From an uncultured Verrucomicrobiae bacterium (GTDB lineage Bacteria; Verrucomicrobiota; Verrucomicrobiia; Limisphaerales; Palsa-1400): 64,000 bases of DNA. The stretch covers positions 896,001-960,000 of the forward strand of contig CAVXRD010000001.1 in NCBI GenBank assembly GCA_963764165.1, read 5' to 3'. The notes under the pieces were generated by a model that saw only the letters and a program-made list of their open reading frames with translations, was not told where the DNA came from and ran no database searches. Made by a program: the position numbers and the translations under genes. How positions within the stretch are numbered: position 1 is the first letter of the stretch; every line of letters begins with the position of its first letter. Below are positions 39,510 to 49,900 of this stretch, in pieces.

Positions 39510-39692
39510 CTACGCCAGGATTTCTTTAACCACATCGCCAGCCGCGTCCGTGAGGCGATATTGGCGGCCTTGGAATCAGTGCGTCAGCCGTGATGCTCCA
39601 ACCCCCGAGCAAGCCAGAATGGTGGCTTGCAGATCGTGAACATGCACCGTTTTTTCCGTGATGTTAAAAGAAAAATCGTCGTTCTGTCCATG
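39510..39692 (-). pseudogene. Degenerate C-terminal fragment of a DUF1501 gene
   Basis: HGQNDDFSFNITEKTVHVHDLQATIL...RLTH*FQGRQYRLTDAAGDVVKEILA* aligns to the C-terminus of 30894-32339; contains an internal stop. Confidence 0.8.
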
Positions 39693-39832
39693 TGCCCTCC
39701 CGTGACAGGAACCGGAAATTGACTTCGCAGAGGAATTTAGGGAAAATTGCTTCAATGTCCGCAGTCAGGTCCTCCGTACATAATGGCGCAATAGCGCAGT
39801 TGTTTGCGCCAAAATCGCCCAAACTTTCGTTC

Positions 39833-42800
39833 ATGGAATTCTTGTGGCGATTGGCTTGGGTCGTGATTCTGCCTCTGTCGATCTCACAGGCTGCCGCCGC
39901 GAACAATTATCTGGTGGATTGCTGGCTCAACCGGGACGGTTTGCCACAAAGCTCGGTGACCTCCATCGCGCAAACGCAGGACGGTTATCTGTGGCTGGGG
40001 ACGTTTAATGGGCTGGTCCGATTCGACGGCGTGAGATTTGTGGTTTTCGACGATGCCACGACCTCCGCATTGCCGAATAACCGCATTGTTGAATTATTGG
40101 CGGATCGGAATGGGCGTTTGTGGATCATGTCCGAAAAGGGCGATCTTACGGTTTGCTCCAATGGTGTTTTCAATGTCGTTACCAATTTGTATCCGGGCCT
40201 GCCGGAAAAAATTCACGGCATGGCCGAGGGGATTGATGGCATCTGGCTGCAAGCCGAGACTGGCGCATATTATTATTTGCGAAACTCCAAAGCCATCCAG
40301 GTCGCAAATATCGAGAGTCCCAAGTTTGGCACTCCCTATTCGTCCGTGGTGGATGGAGACGGTGTTCTTTGGGTGACGCAATGGCGGGCACTCCGGAAGC
40401 TGGAAGGAACAAACTTCGTCACGGTTGAGACCCGGGAGCCCGGTCGTGGTTTTCCCCGAGATACTTTAACTCGCACGAAGGACGGGACGCTCCTTGCGGC
40501 GGGGATGGATCTCGGTCTGCGCTGGTACCGCCACGGCAAACTCGTCCAAGGTCCGATCGCCCTGCCCGTTCCTGTGGTTGGATGCCAGAACGTCATGGAA
40601 GACAAGGATGGCAATGTCTGGGTCGCGACCGTCAATGCCGGGTTGCTCTGTTATCAAACCAACCATCAATGGCAGGTGCTCTCGGTTTCAAATGGGCTCT
40701 CGATTAATTCGCTGCGCCGCGTCTATCAAGACGCACAAGGTCACATTTGGGTGGGAACGGACGGGGGAGGGTTGAATTTGTTGCGGCAGCCTCGAATCGA
40801 GATGTTGGGCGAAAGCCGGGGCCTGGCGGGAAAAGTTGTGATGAGCGTTTCATCGAATCCCGACGGTGGCGTTTGGATTTCTTTGAATGGCCAGGGAATT
40901 CAAAAGGCGCAGGGGGGCAAAATTGTGCAGATCGCATTTCCTGGGCTTATAACAAAATCCAGTGTCGCAAACTGCCTGCTGGCCGACGCCAACAAGGGCA
41001 TGTGGATAAGCCCTCTTAACGACGGCGGCCTGTGGCGCGCCGATGCCAAAGAAATTCGACAATTCGGCAACAAGGGGGCTCGAACGCGGCAATACGTCTA
41101 CTCCATTTACGAAGATCACCAAGGCGCCATATGGATGGGCGACCTCTTCGGCTTGACGCGATTCAAGAATGGAGAATTTAGAAACTTCACCCCGTCCGAT
41201 GGCGTCCCGGAGAAAGCGATTCGGGCCATGGCGGAGGACAGGGATGGCGTGCTCTGCCTTGGTGTCGAACAGTATGGTTTGATGCGCTGGAGCGGCGGCA
41301 AATTTTCGGTTTTCTCCAAGCGAGAGGGGCTGGTGGATGATCGCATCTGGTCGCTTTGCGCGGACAAGGCGGGAACGATTTGGGTGGGCACGTATGGCAG
41401 CGGCCTCGCGCGCTTCACGCATGGTCATTTTGACTGCCTGAAAAATGCGCTGCCCGTTCGTGAAATCGCCAGCTTGATCGCCGATGACAATGGCGGTCTG
41501 TGGGCGGGCACGGGTCAAGGCTTGTTTTGCATGAGAATCGAGGAGCTCAATGCCATGGCGGATGGCAAGCTTGGCCAGGTGAGTTTCCGTCAATTCGGGC
41601 CGAATGACGGCATGTACACCCAGGAATGTTCGGGTGGCCATCAACCTTCAGTTTGCAAGACTCCGGATGGGCGCTTGTGGTTCGCCACTGTGGGCGGCGT
41701 GGCCATCGTCGACCCGGCCAACCTTGGGCCTGAGCCTTCCGCGCCCCGCGTCCTCGTTGAGCAGGTCCGGGTGGACAATGTACCCGCGTTTGCGTCCGGC
41801 ATGTCCAACGGGCCGGTGATTGTTCCAGCCGGGGTTCATCACCTTGAGATTCGTTACACGGGGATTAGCTTTGATGATCCCAAACGGATTCAATTTCGGT
41901 ATCGGCTCGCGCGCACCGATGTAGAAAGCGCCGCCCAGCCCTGGACAGATGCCGGCGAACAGCGCGTCACGCAATTTGAAGCTGTCCCACCCGGCATGTA
42001 TCTGTTCCAGGTGTCAACGCGCAATGGCGAAGGAATATGGAGTTCGGATGCCGCTGCGGTCGAAATTACGGTTCTGCCTGAGTTTTGGCAGCGAGCCTCC
42101 TTTCAGGCCGCCAGCATCTCGGCGGCGGGATTGCTGCTCTACGGGCTTTATGCCCGGCGCGTAAGCCGTTTCAAACGGCGGCAGGCCGAGCAGGCCGCGT
42201 TTGCGGTGAAACTCATTGAATCGCAGGAGCGCGAGCGAAAGCGGCTTGCGAGCGAGCTGCACGATGGCTTGGGCCAGGATCTTCTGATTATCAAAAACCG
42301 CGCCGCTCTGGTGTTGAATGACGCCGTTGTTTCGCCCCCGCCATTGGAGGTGCTGCGCGAGATTTCAGCGGTGGCGAGCCAGGCCATCGCTGGAGCGCGG
42401 GAGATTTCGCAAAACTTGCGTCCTTATCAATTGGATCACTTGGGACTGGCGAAAGCGCTGGAAGGAATTTGCCGAAAGGTTCGACAAGCCTCTCCCACCA
42501 AGTTGACGTGCGAGTTTCGTGAAATCGACGGAATATTCACGCCGGAACAAGAGATTAACATTTATCGAATCGTGCAGGAGGCGTTAAACAATATTGTGAA
42601 GCATGCTCAAGCCACTGAAGGAAACATCCAAATGCGTCGAGAAAATGGAAAAGCCGTTCTGGTCATTCAGGACAATGGAAGAGGCATCAGCCCGGGAGCC
42701 AAGCACGCCTCCACCGAATTGAGCGGAGGTCTCGGATTTACCAGCATGCGGGAGCGGGTCCGGATGATGGGTGGCAAGCTGGAACTAAAATCAGCGCCAG

Positions 42801-42838
42801 GCGCCGGCACACGAATAAGCATTGAGTTGCCGCTATGA
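39833..42838 (+). CDS. Sensor histidine kinase with beta-propeller (Reg_prop) and Y_Y_Y ligand-binding region and HisKA_3/HATPase
   Basis: GLPQSSVTSIAQTQDGYLWLGT repeats; TM segment; QERERKRLASELHDGLGQ; YRIVQEALNNIVKH; DNGRG. Confidence 0.95.
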   Translation: MEFLWRLAWVVILPLSISQAAAANNYLVDCWLNRDGLPQSSVTSIAQTQDGYLWLGTFNGLVRFDGVRFVVFDDATTSALPNNRIVELLADRNGRLWIMSEKGDLTVCSNGVFNVVTNLYPGLPEKIHGMAEGIDGIWLQAETGAYYYLRNSKAIQVANIESPKFGTPYSSVVDGDGVLWVTQWRALRKLEGTNFVTVETREPGRGFPRDTLTRTKDGTLLAAGMDLGLRWYRHGKLVQGPIALPVPVVGCQNVMEDKDGNVWVATVNAGLLCYQTNHQWQVLSVSNGLSINSLRRVYQDAQGHIWVGTDGGGLNLLRQPRIEMLGESRGLAGKVVMSVSSNPDGGVWISLNGQGIQKAQGGKIVQIAFPGLITKSSVANCLLADANKGMWISPLNDGGLWRADAKEIRQFGNKGARTRQYVYSIYEDHQGAIWMGDLFGLTRFKNGEFRNFTPSDGVPEKAIRAMAEDRDGVLCLGVEQYGLMRWSGGKFSVFSKREGLVDDRIWSLCADKAGTIWVGTYGSGLARFTHGHFDCLKNALPVREIASLIADDNGGLWAGTGQGLFCMRIEELNAMADGKLGQVSFRQFGPNDGMYTQECSGGHQPSVCKTPDGRLWFATVGGVAIVDPANLGPEPSAPRVLVEQVRVDNVPAFASGMSNGPVIVPAGVHHLEIRYTGISFDDPKRIQFRYRLARTDVESAAQPWTDAGEQRVTQFEAVPPGMYLFQVSTRNGEGIWSSDAAAVEITVLPEFWQRASFQAASISAAGLLLYGLYARRVSRFKRRQAEQAAFAVKLIESQERERKRLASELHDGLGQDLLIIKNRAALVLNDAVVSPPPLEVLREISAVASQAIAGAREISQNLRPYQLDHLGLAKALEGICRKVRQASPTKLTCEFREIDGIFTPEQEINIYRIVQEALNNIVKHAQATEGNIQMRRENGKAVLVIQDNGRGISPGAKHASTELSGGLGFTSMRERVRMMGGKLELKSAPGAGTRISIELPL

Positions 42839-43479
42839 CGACAGTTTTGATTGCCGACGATCACCCGGTTTACCGGGAAGGATTGCGACGCGTTATGGAA
42901 TCCAGCCCGGCCATCCGCATCGTCCAGGAAGCCTCCAACGGCCAGGAAGCGTTGCGCTTCATACAACAATCGCCGCCGGACGTCGCGGTCCTGGATGTCA
43001 ACATGCCGCTGATGAACGGGCTTGAAGTGGCCCGCCAAATGAAGGCCTGCCAGTCCCCTGCCCGGATCGTTTTCCTCACCATGCATCAGGAAGAGGACCT
43101 GTTTAACGAAGCCATGGACGTTGGCGCCATGGGCTTCGTGCTTAAGGAAAGCGCCATGTCGGACATTCTGGCGAGCATCACGACTGTGGCCCAGGGGCAG
43201 TATTATCTTAGCCCGGCGATTTCAGCATTCCTCGTGCGCAGGCAGGCCGGCAAAATGGCCCTTGAAGCCAAACATCAAGGCATCGCCCGCCTGACGCCCG
43301 CCGAGCGCAAAATTTTGCGCCTGATCGCCGAGAACCGCACCAGCAAGGAAGTGGCCCACGAACTCGGCTTAAGTGTCCGCACCGTGGAAAACCATCGGGC
43401 CAACATTTGCGCCAAGCTGGAACTGCGCGGCATTCACAGTTTGGTTCGGTTTGCATTCGAAAATCGGTCTCATCTTTAA
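42835..43479 (+). CDS. NarL/LuxR-family response regulator
   Basis: IADDH, LDVNMP, K; LuxR-type HTH (LTPAE...TVENHRANICAKL); ATGA overlap with the kinase. Confidence 0.96.
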   Translation: MTTVLIADDHPVYREGLRRVMESSPAIRIVQEASNGQEALRFIQQSPPDVAVLDVNMPLMNGLEVARQMKACQSPARIVFLTMHQEEDLFNEAMDVGAMGFVLKESAMSDILASITTVAQGQYYLSPAISAFLVRRQAGKMALEAKHQGIARLTPAERKILRLIAENRTSKEVAHELGLSVRTVENHRANICAKLELRGIHSLVRFAFENRSHL

Positions 43480-43496
43480 GCCGTTTTCTTGGAGCG

Positions 43497-43525
43497 TGAG
43501 TAAAACTACTCAGGCCGAATGAGTA
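43497..43525. promoter_or_regulatory. Putative NarL-type operator
   Basis: Perfect palindrome TGAGTA-AAAC-TACTCA (43497-43512) plus a further TGAGTA at 43520-43525. Confidence 0.55.
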
Positions 43526-43571
43526 GGCACCGCTATACACAGGCAGATTGCATTCCGCTATCGTGGCTAGA

Positions 43572-43961
43572 GTGGCCACAACTACCGACGATATAAACCC
43601 GATCATTAATGTCGTTTTGATCGCGGACGACCATGCCCCCTTTAGAGGCCTCGTGCGAAGCCTGTTTTCTTCGGAGACAACACATTTCATCGAATGCGGT
43701 GATGGCGAGGCGGCCGTGCGAGCCTATTCGGAGAAGCGTCCAAATTGGGTTTTGATGGACGTCGAAATGAAGGGGATGAGCGGATTGAAGGCCACCCGGC
43801 TCATCAAGGACAAATACCCGGAAGCGCGCGTGATCATTGTAACTCAATATGACGATCACGACCTATGCGCAAAAGCGGGCGAAGCGGGAGCATGCGCTTT
43901 TATCCTGAAAGACAACATTGCCGATTTGCGCCGTTATCTCAACGCAACGCGCCCTGCCTAA
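43572..43961 (+). CDS. Single-domain response regulator (receiver only)
   Basis: VLIADDH, LMDVEM, T and K conserved; start uncertain (GTG 43572 or 43563, or TTG 43548). Confidence 0.85.
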   Translation: MATTTDDINPIINVVLIADDHAPFRGLVRSLFSSETTHFIECGDGEAAVRAYSEKRPNWVLMDVEMKGMSGLKATRLIKDKYPEARVIIVTQYDDHDLCAKAGEAGACAFILKDNIADLRRYLNATRPA

Positions 43962-43964
43962 TGT

Positions 43965-46900
43965 ATGAAAACACAGAATAAATATCCGAGCAAACGCTCG
44001 ATTGCGCTGGTCCGAGCTGTCGCGCGTGTTTTGGTTTTGACTGCCCTGCTCGCCGCCTGGCCCGCCTTTGCCCTGCCCGTCATCTACGTCAACCAGCATG
44101 CATCCGCCGCCTCGGCCCAGACGGGCGTTAACTGGGCCAACGCGTATAAGGAATTGCGCAACGCGTTGCCCGCCGCCAATGCCATCGCCGCGACCAACGG
44201 ACAGGGTGTCGAAATATGGGTGGCTTCCGGCACGTATTATCCTGACGTGCAAAGCTCCCAGAATCGATTTGCGACCTTTAACGTCGGCAGCAAGGTGACC
44301 ATTCGCGGCGGTTTCGCAGGGTCTGAGACCAGCCCCACCCAGCGGTTGCCCGCGTTCGACCAATTTGGCAACCCCGCGTTCTTGACGGTGCTCAGCGGCG
44401 ACATTGGCCAGCCGATGATCACACAGTTGAGTTCGACGAACACCTTGTCGCAATTCCTGAACACGCCGAATTTTCCTTACTTCACGAATGCGGTGGGGCC
44501 AGGTTCACTTGCCAACGACCAGGACAATTGTTTTAACGTCGTGACACTAAAGAATGTCGCGGGTGTCTCGCTGGATTCGCTGGTCATTTACGGCGGCTAC
44601 GCTGGAAATTTAATGGAAGACGGGACAAATGTAGTATCCGTCAACGAACTGGAAAGCATAGGACTGTGGAATTCGAACAGCGTGACCAGTCCGCTCTACC
44701 CACTCACGAATATTGTGGCCGGCGGTGGCATACTCTTGACCTTTCCGCCGTCCAATATCCACCGCCCCGCTTCCGAAATCGCCCTGACCATGACCAATTG
44801 CGCGGTCTGGGGCAACTATAGCGCGGGCTACGGCGGCGGCATGTGCGTCTACGGCGGCAATATCATCCTTCGAAACTGCCAGTTTGAATACAACGTGGCA
44901 GGCATGGACGGCGGAGCAATTTGGGATGCCAGCGTCCACTCGGAAATCGATTTATGCACCTTTGAGCGCAACGTGGCGACGGAGTCCGGGGGCGCGATTG
45001 GCTACATCACGTTTGACTTTCCGTTCACCGTCGCGAACGCCGAGCAGGAAGTGTCGACAAACAGCACGCTGGTCTCCCAGCAGGTCGAATCCATTGTGCA
45101 TACAGTGACGCGCGGGCTTGGCGTTACTAAAACGGCCATGGGGGAGCTTGGACTGACAGAGGAACTCCAGAATGGCGTCAGCGCCGCTTACACATCGCTC
45201 AAAGCGTGGTGGCCATCGGGTTCAGGCGGCATTGAAGGCGCCAATGCCTCCCTGGCGGGAATTCGCGACCTGCAGGATGCCGCCGCAACTCCAACCGGAC
45301 CGAGTTCTCAAGAAATTGCCGATCTGTGGATTAGGAATTTCGGTTCCTCGACCACTTCCGAGGCTGCGGCGGCCGAAATCGCCGAAGATGCCGCCGCAGA
45401 TGCGGAGGATGATATTCCCATTGGGAAACTGTTTGATTTGACGGACGGAGCGGACCTGCCGTTCGCCGTCATCAACCTTGGAACCGACATCGCCATCCTC
45501 GCCGGAGACACGAACGGAATCGGTGGAGAAATTGCGCTGGCCCTTAACAGCAGCACCTCGCAAATCCTATTCTTGGCATCACCTCTGTCGTGGATAATTT
45601 CCGCAGTTGAAGCCGAAATAAGCGATATCGAGTCTCTTGCGGTCGACGCGCCGCCAGAAGATCTCAAGAGCACCTACAAGAAGGCCCAGTTGGGGCAATA
45701 CAACGCGGCTCCGGCTTCCCTTTTGAACGGATGCGTTTTCTCCAACAACACTGCGAACCTGGATGGAGGCGCCTTCAGCGAAGCTTATAAAAACGTGCAA
45801 GCACAAGGCTGCTGGTTCGGAAATAACGACGGCGGTGTTTCCGGCGGCGCAATCTCTTGCGGAGATTGGTGTTTGGCCTACATCGCGGATTCCGCCTTCT
45901 ACGGAAACTCCAGCGAGAACGGCTACAGCGCGGTTCTTAACTGGGGAAATTCGCGAACGTATCTCTATAACAGCACCCTGGTGGGCAATGGGTCGCCGAA
46001 TACCAATTATGCCACGGCGATTGGCAATCAAACCGGATCGGATGTGAAGGTCATCAATTGCGTTCTGTGGGGCAACACCAATGCGGTTAACCGGACGGGA
46101 GGCGCTGACATCACCACCATTACGCGCGCGCTTTTGCCGCCGTCGTCGCAAGCGGCCTACGATTCCATGGGTTCTGCCCAGGGCGACCTCGTCGCCACCT
46201 GCGATGTTTTCAACTCGGACGTCCAAAACGTCGGCCCCTTGGGCACGAAGATATATGACGTCGTGACCGAACAACCCGCCAGCATCGGGCAATCGCTGTT
46301 GAATGTCTTGGATTTCAGTTTCGGCGGAGAGCAGGAGCCAACGATCACGGCCACCGCCGTCTCATTGCCCGCGCCGACTTACGAACAATTCCAATTCGAG
46401 CCGCTAAGCGTGTCAACGGATGTTTATGATGCGATTAACAATATCTATCAGGATGTCATTTGGTGGGACTTCGCTGGTCTGGCAGAAACTGTCGGCTTTG
46501 TCAACATCGGGGAAGGGACAGTGACGTGGCCTTATGAAGGGGCTACCGTTGAACCCGGTGACTACAACAACAACCCTCAGTTGGGAGGCTTCGAGGGCAT
46601 TGATCCAAAATCGTCCTCGCCCATCAGCGCGGGATATGATTACCCGCTGGAAATTTACGGACAATTTCTTTGGTCTGCTTATGCGGAAAGCTCACTGCCA
46701 TCGTTCAACGTGGCCCGTGAGAACGACCCGGCGATGGACGCGTTTGACTCCTACAACGAATACGATATCCACGGTCTCAGGCGGGAGGGTTCAATAGGCG
46801 CCTCCGATCCGCTGGCAACCTCCACCGCGTCCGAGAATGGCATCTCTCCTTTGGCAGCGCCCTTGGAGCTAGGACTTATCGGCAATGGGAGCGGCCCCGT

Positions 46901-49900
46901 CCTGTTCGTAAACGCCAGTGCGACGGGGAATGGAAGCGGCAGTTCATGGGCGAATGCCGTGACTAGCTTTTCCCAAGCTGTGCAAACATTGCTTCCCACT
47001 GGCGCGCAAATTTGGGTTGCAGGCGGCAATTACGCCGCCAATGGTGTGACGGTGGCGGCGAGCACGGTGATTTACGGCGGCTTTGCCGGCACGGAATCCA
47101 ATTTAACCGGGCGCGTTTTGGGAGCGCATCCAACCGTCGTGCATGGCAACGGCAGCGGGGCCGTTTTAATTTTGAACGGCGCCGTGATGATCGACGGATT
47201 GAACATAACGGGCGGCGGTTATTCCGACGAGTATAATGGCGGCGGTGGTGTGTATTCCTCCGACTCCATTGACCTTGCTACTTTCTCCAATTGCGTCTTC
47301 AGCAATAACACAGCCAACGAGGGTGGAGCGATGTATCTGATGGGTCCCGCATTGATCGCGAACTGTTCCTTCTTAAACAACAGCGCCAGCTACGAGGGCG
47401 GAGCACTGATGCTTGAGGATTACACCAACTACAGCGGCGATGTAAGGCTGTATGATTGCGTTTTTGCCGGAAACTCCGCGGCCTATGGCGGCGGCGTCCT
47501 TATTCGCGGCCCCGATGTGAACACCGGCGTCGAGTTTCATGTTGTCAATGACACGTTTTATAACAACCGATCCACCTCCAGCACGCCTTACCGTTCAGCC
47601 AGCCAGCCGGGCGGCGGCGGACTTTTGTTTGATGACAGCGAGACTGGCTTTTTGACGGTCCAGAACTGCATTTTCTGGCAAAATTCAGCGCCGGGCGGAG
47701 CGAACATAGAATGGCAGCAGTTGGAAGCAGCTCCTTACACGCTTTACGAATCCTATTCGCCGATTGAGTATGGTTATCGCCAATTTGCCGTGGGCTCCTC
47801 GCTCATCGAAGGCATGGGAGTGTATTCGAGCCCGCAACCCTTTGACGAGAACGACATTGGATATCCGAATTATCCCGCATATCTGGCGGCGAGCAATGCG
47901 CTTTCCCTGGACCCGCTCTTTGCGAATCCAGCCGCCAACAACTTCAATTTGACAGCGGGTTCTCCCGCGTTGGGTGCCGGCATCGGCTCAGGCTTGCCCG
48001 CCGGGTTCCCCTACTCCGACCTGGCGGGAAACCCGCGGGAAATTGGCTCACGCCTGGACCTGGGCGCCTATGAATATCAGGGGGCAGTTAACCCTTATGG
48101 CGTTGAGGTGACGGCTTACCAAGGCTGTGGCGGCGGATTAGGCAATGCCACGATGCAGGCCACCTGGAACATGAACACCGCCGTCAGCGGATTGCAGTGG
48201 CAAGTGTATTATCCTGGGGCAACCGGCTGGAGCAATGTCAGTGGACAATATTACACAGGAATCAATTCCAGCAACTTGAACATCACAGGATTGCCGCCCT
48301 CGCTCAACGGAACCTTCTACCGACTGGTGGCAAATTCGCCGCCGGGATTTGCCTCGTCACCCGTGGCAATAGCGTTCTCGCCGATAATCTATGTCAATTC
48401 GCGCCAGGGTTACGCTGGCAATGGCACGTCATGGAACAATGCTTTCGTGGATATCCAGAGCGCTCTTGACGTCTCGACAGGCTGCCAGCAAATCTGGGTC
48501 GCAGGAGGCATTTACAATGGAGACTTGTTCATCGGCAATAATCAAAGCGTCGGTCTGATCGGCGGGTTTGCCGGCAATGAGACAAGTCTGGCCCAGCGCA
48601 ATTGGCGGGCGAACCCAACAATCCTCAGCGGCCAAGGCGCCGGCAACGCCAATCCGTTGGTGGAAATGGAAGGCAGCGCCGTGATGGACGGCTTCATCTT
48701 GACAGGTTCAACGAGCTATTCGGTGGTGGACTGTTACGGCAACACGCCTTCCCTTCAGAACTGCAACATCACCAACAACCAGGGGACGGCGGCGATGTTT
48801 AACAACTGCGTCTCTGCATCCGTGGTTAACTGCATGGTGCAAAGCAACGGCGGCGGCGGCCTTAGCTCCAGCGGCCCGCTCAGCGTCGTCAACTCCCTCA
48901 TCGTCAATAACAACTCCGCGTTCCTGGCCGCCATCAACGCCTATAGCCAATTGTCCGTGATCGGCTGCACCATCGCAGGCAATCAGGGCTACACGTGCGG
49001 CGGAATTGAAACCATCAATGCCGCGGTCACCATTAAAAACTCAATCTTATGGCAAAATACCGCCAACCCCATTTACGCCACTCCTTCGCTGATGGAGTTG
49101 TCAGCGCAGGGCAGCTCGCTTTCAATAGCCAATACCATTATCGAAAATTGGAACGGCGGCGGAGCATTGCCGTTTGACCCGTTATTCGTTTCGTCCGCCA
49201 CTAACTTTCAATTGACAGCGCATTCGCCTGCCATAGGCGCGGGCAATCCTTCCGAGATCGACGGACAGGCGACGGACTTGGCGGGAAATCCGCGCGTGAG
49301 TTTCCGCAACAACACGACCCAGGTGGACTTGGGGGCCTACGAATATGCGGGCGCGGCGAGCAGCCCGGTGGCGCTTTATGGATCGCCGAAATCGATCACC
49401 AGTTGCACAACCGCCAATCCCATCTCCTTCACGGTAGCCGCCTCGAACAGCTTGGACAGCGTGACTTGGCTGGTGAACGAGGGTCACGGGTTTGCAACCG
49501 CCACCGCGGGAGCTACCTTCCAACTGACGCAAAGCTCCGGCGTCACGAATACGGCCACGCTGACCATCCCCACTCCTTTGCAAAGCATGAACGGCTGGCA
49601 GTTTGAAGCGCAGATTGGCTCGTACACAACTCTGCCGGCCATTTTGAATTTCGTGCCGCCGACAGTGATTTACGTCAATCAATCAGCCCCTGGAGCCAAC
49701 AACGGCACAAGTTGGAATGACGCTTACACGAGCCTCGCCAGCGCCGTGGCGGAAGCGAACGGCTGCTCGCAAATCTGGGTGGCGGGCGGCATTTACAGCA
49801 ATCCGGGCGGCGCCAGTTATTCCCTGCCGGAGGGAGCCGGGCTCTATGGCGGTTTTGCCGGTTACGAGGATGCACTGAATGAGCGAAGCCCCAACAACAG

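Noticed and set aside
39576..39578. In-frame TGA in the DUF1501 fragment as selenocysteine or readthrough
   Set aside because: The fragment lacks most of the gene and is otherwise degenerate, so simple decay explains it.
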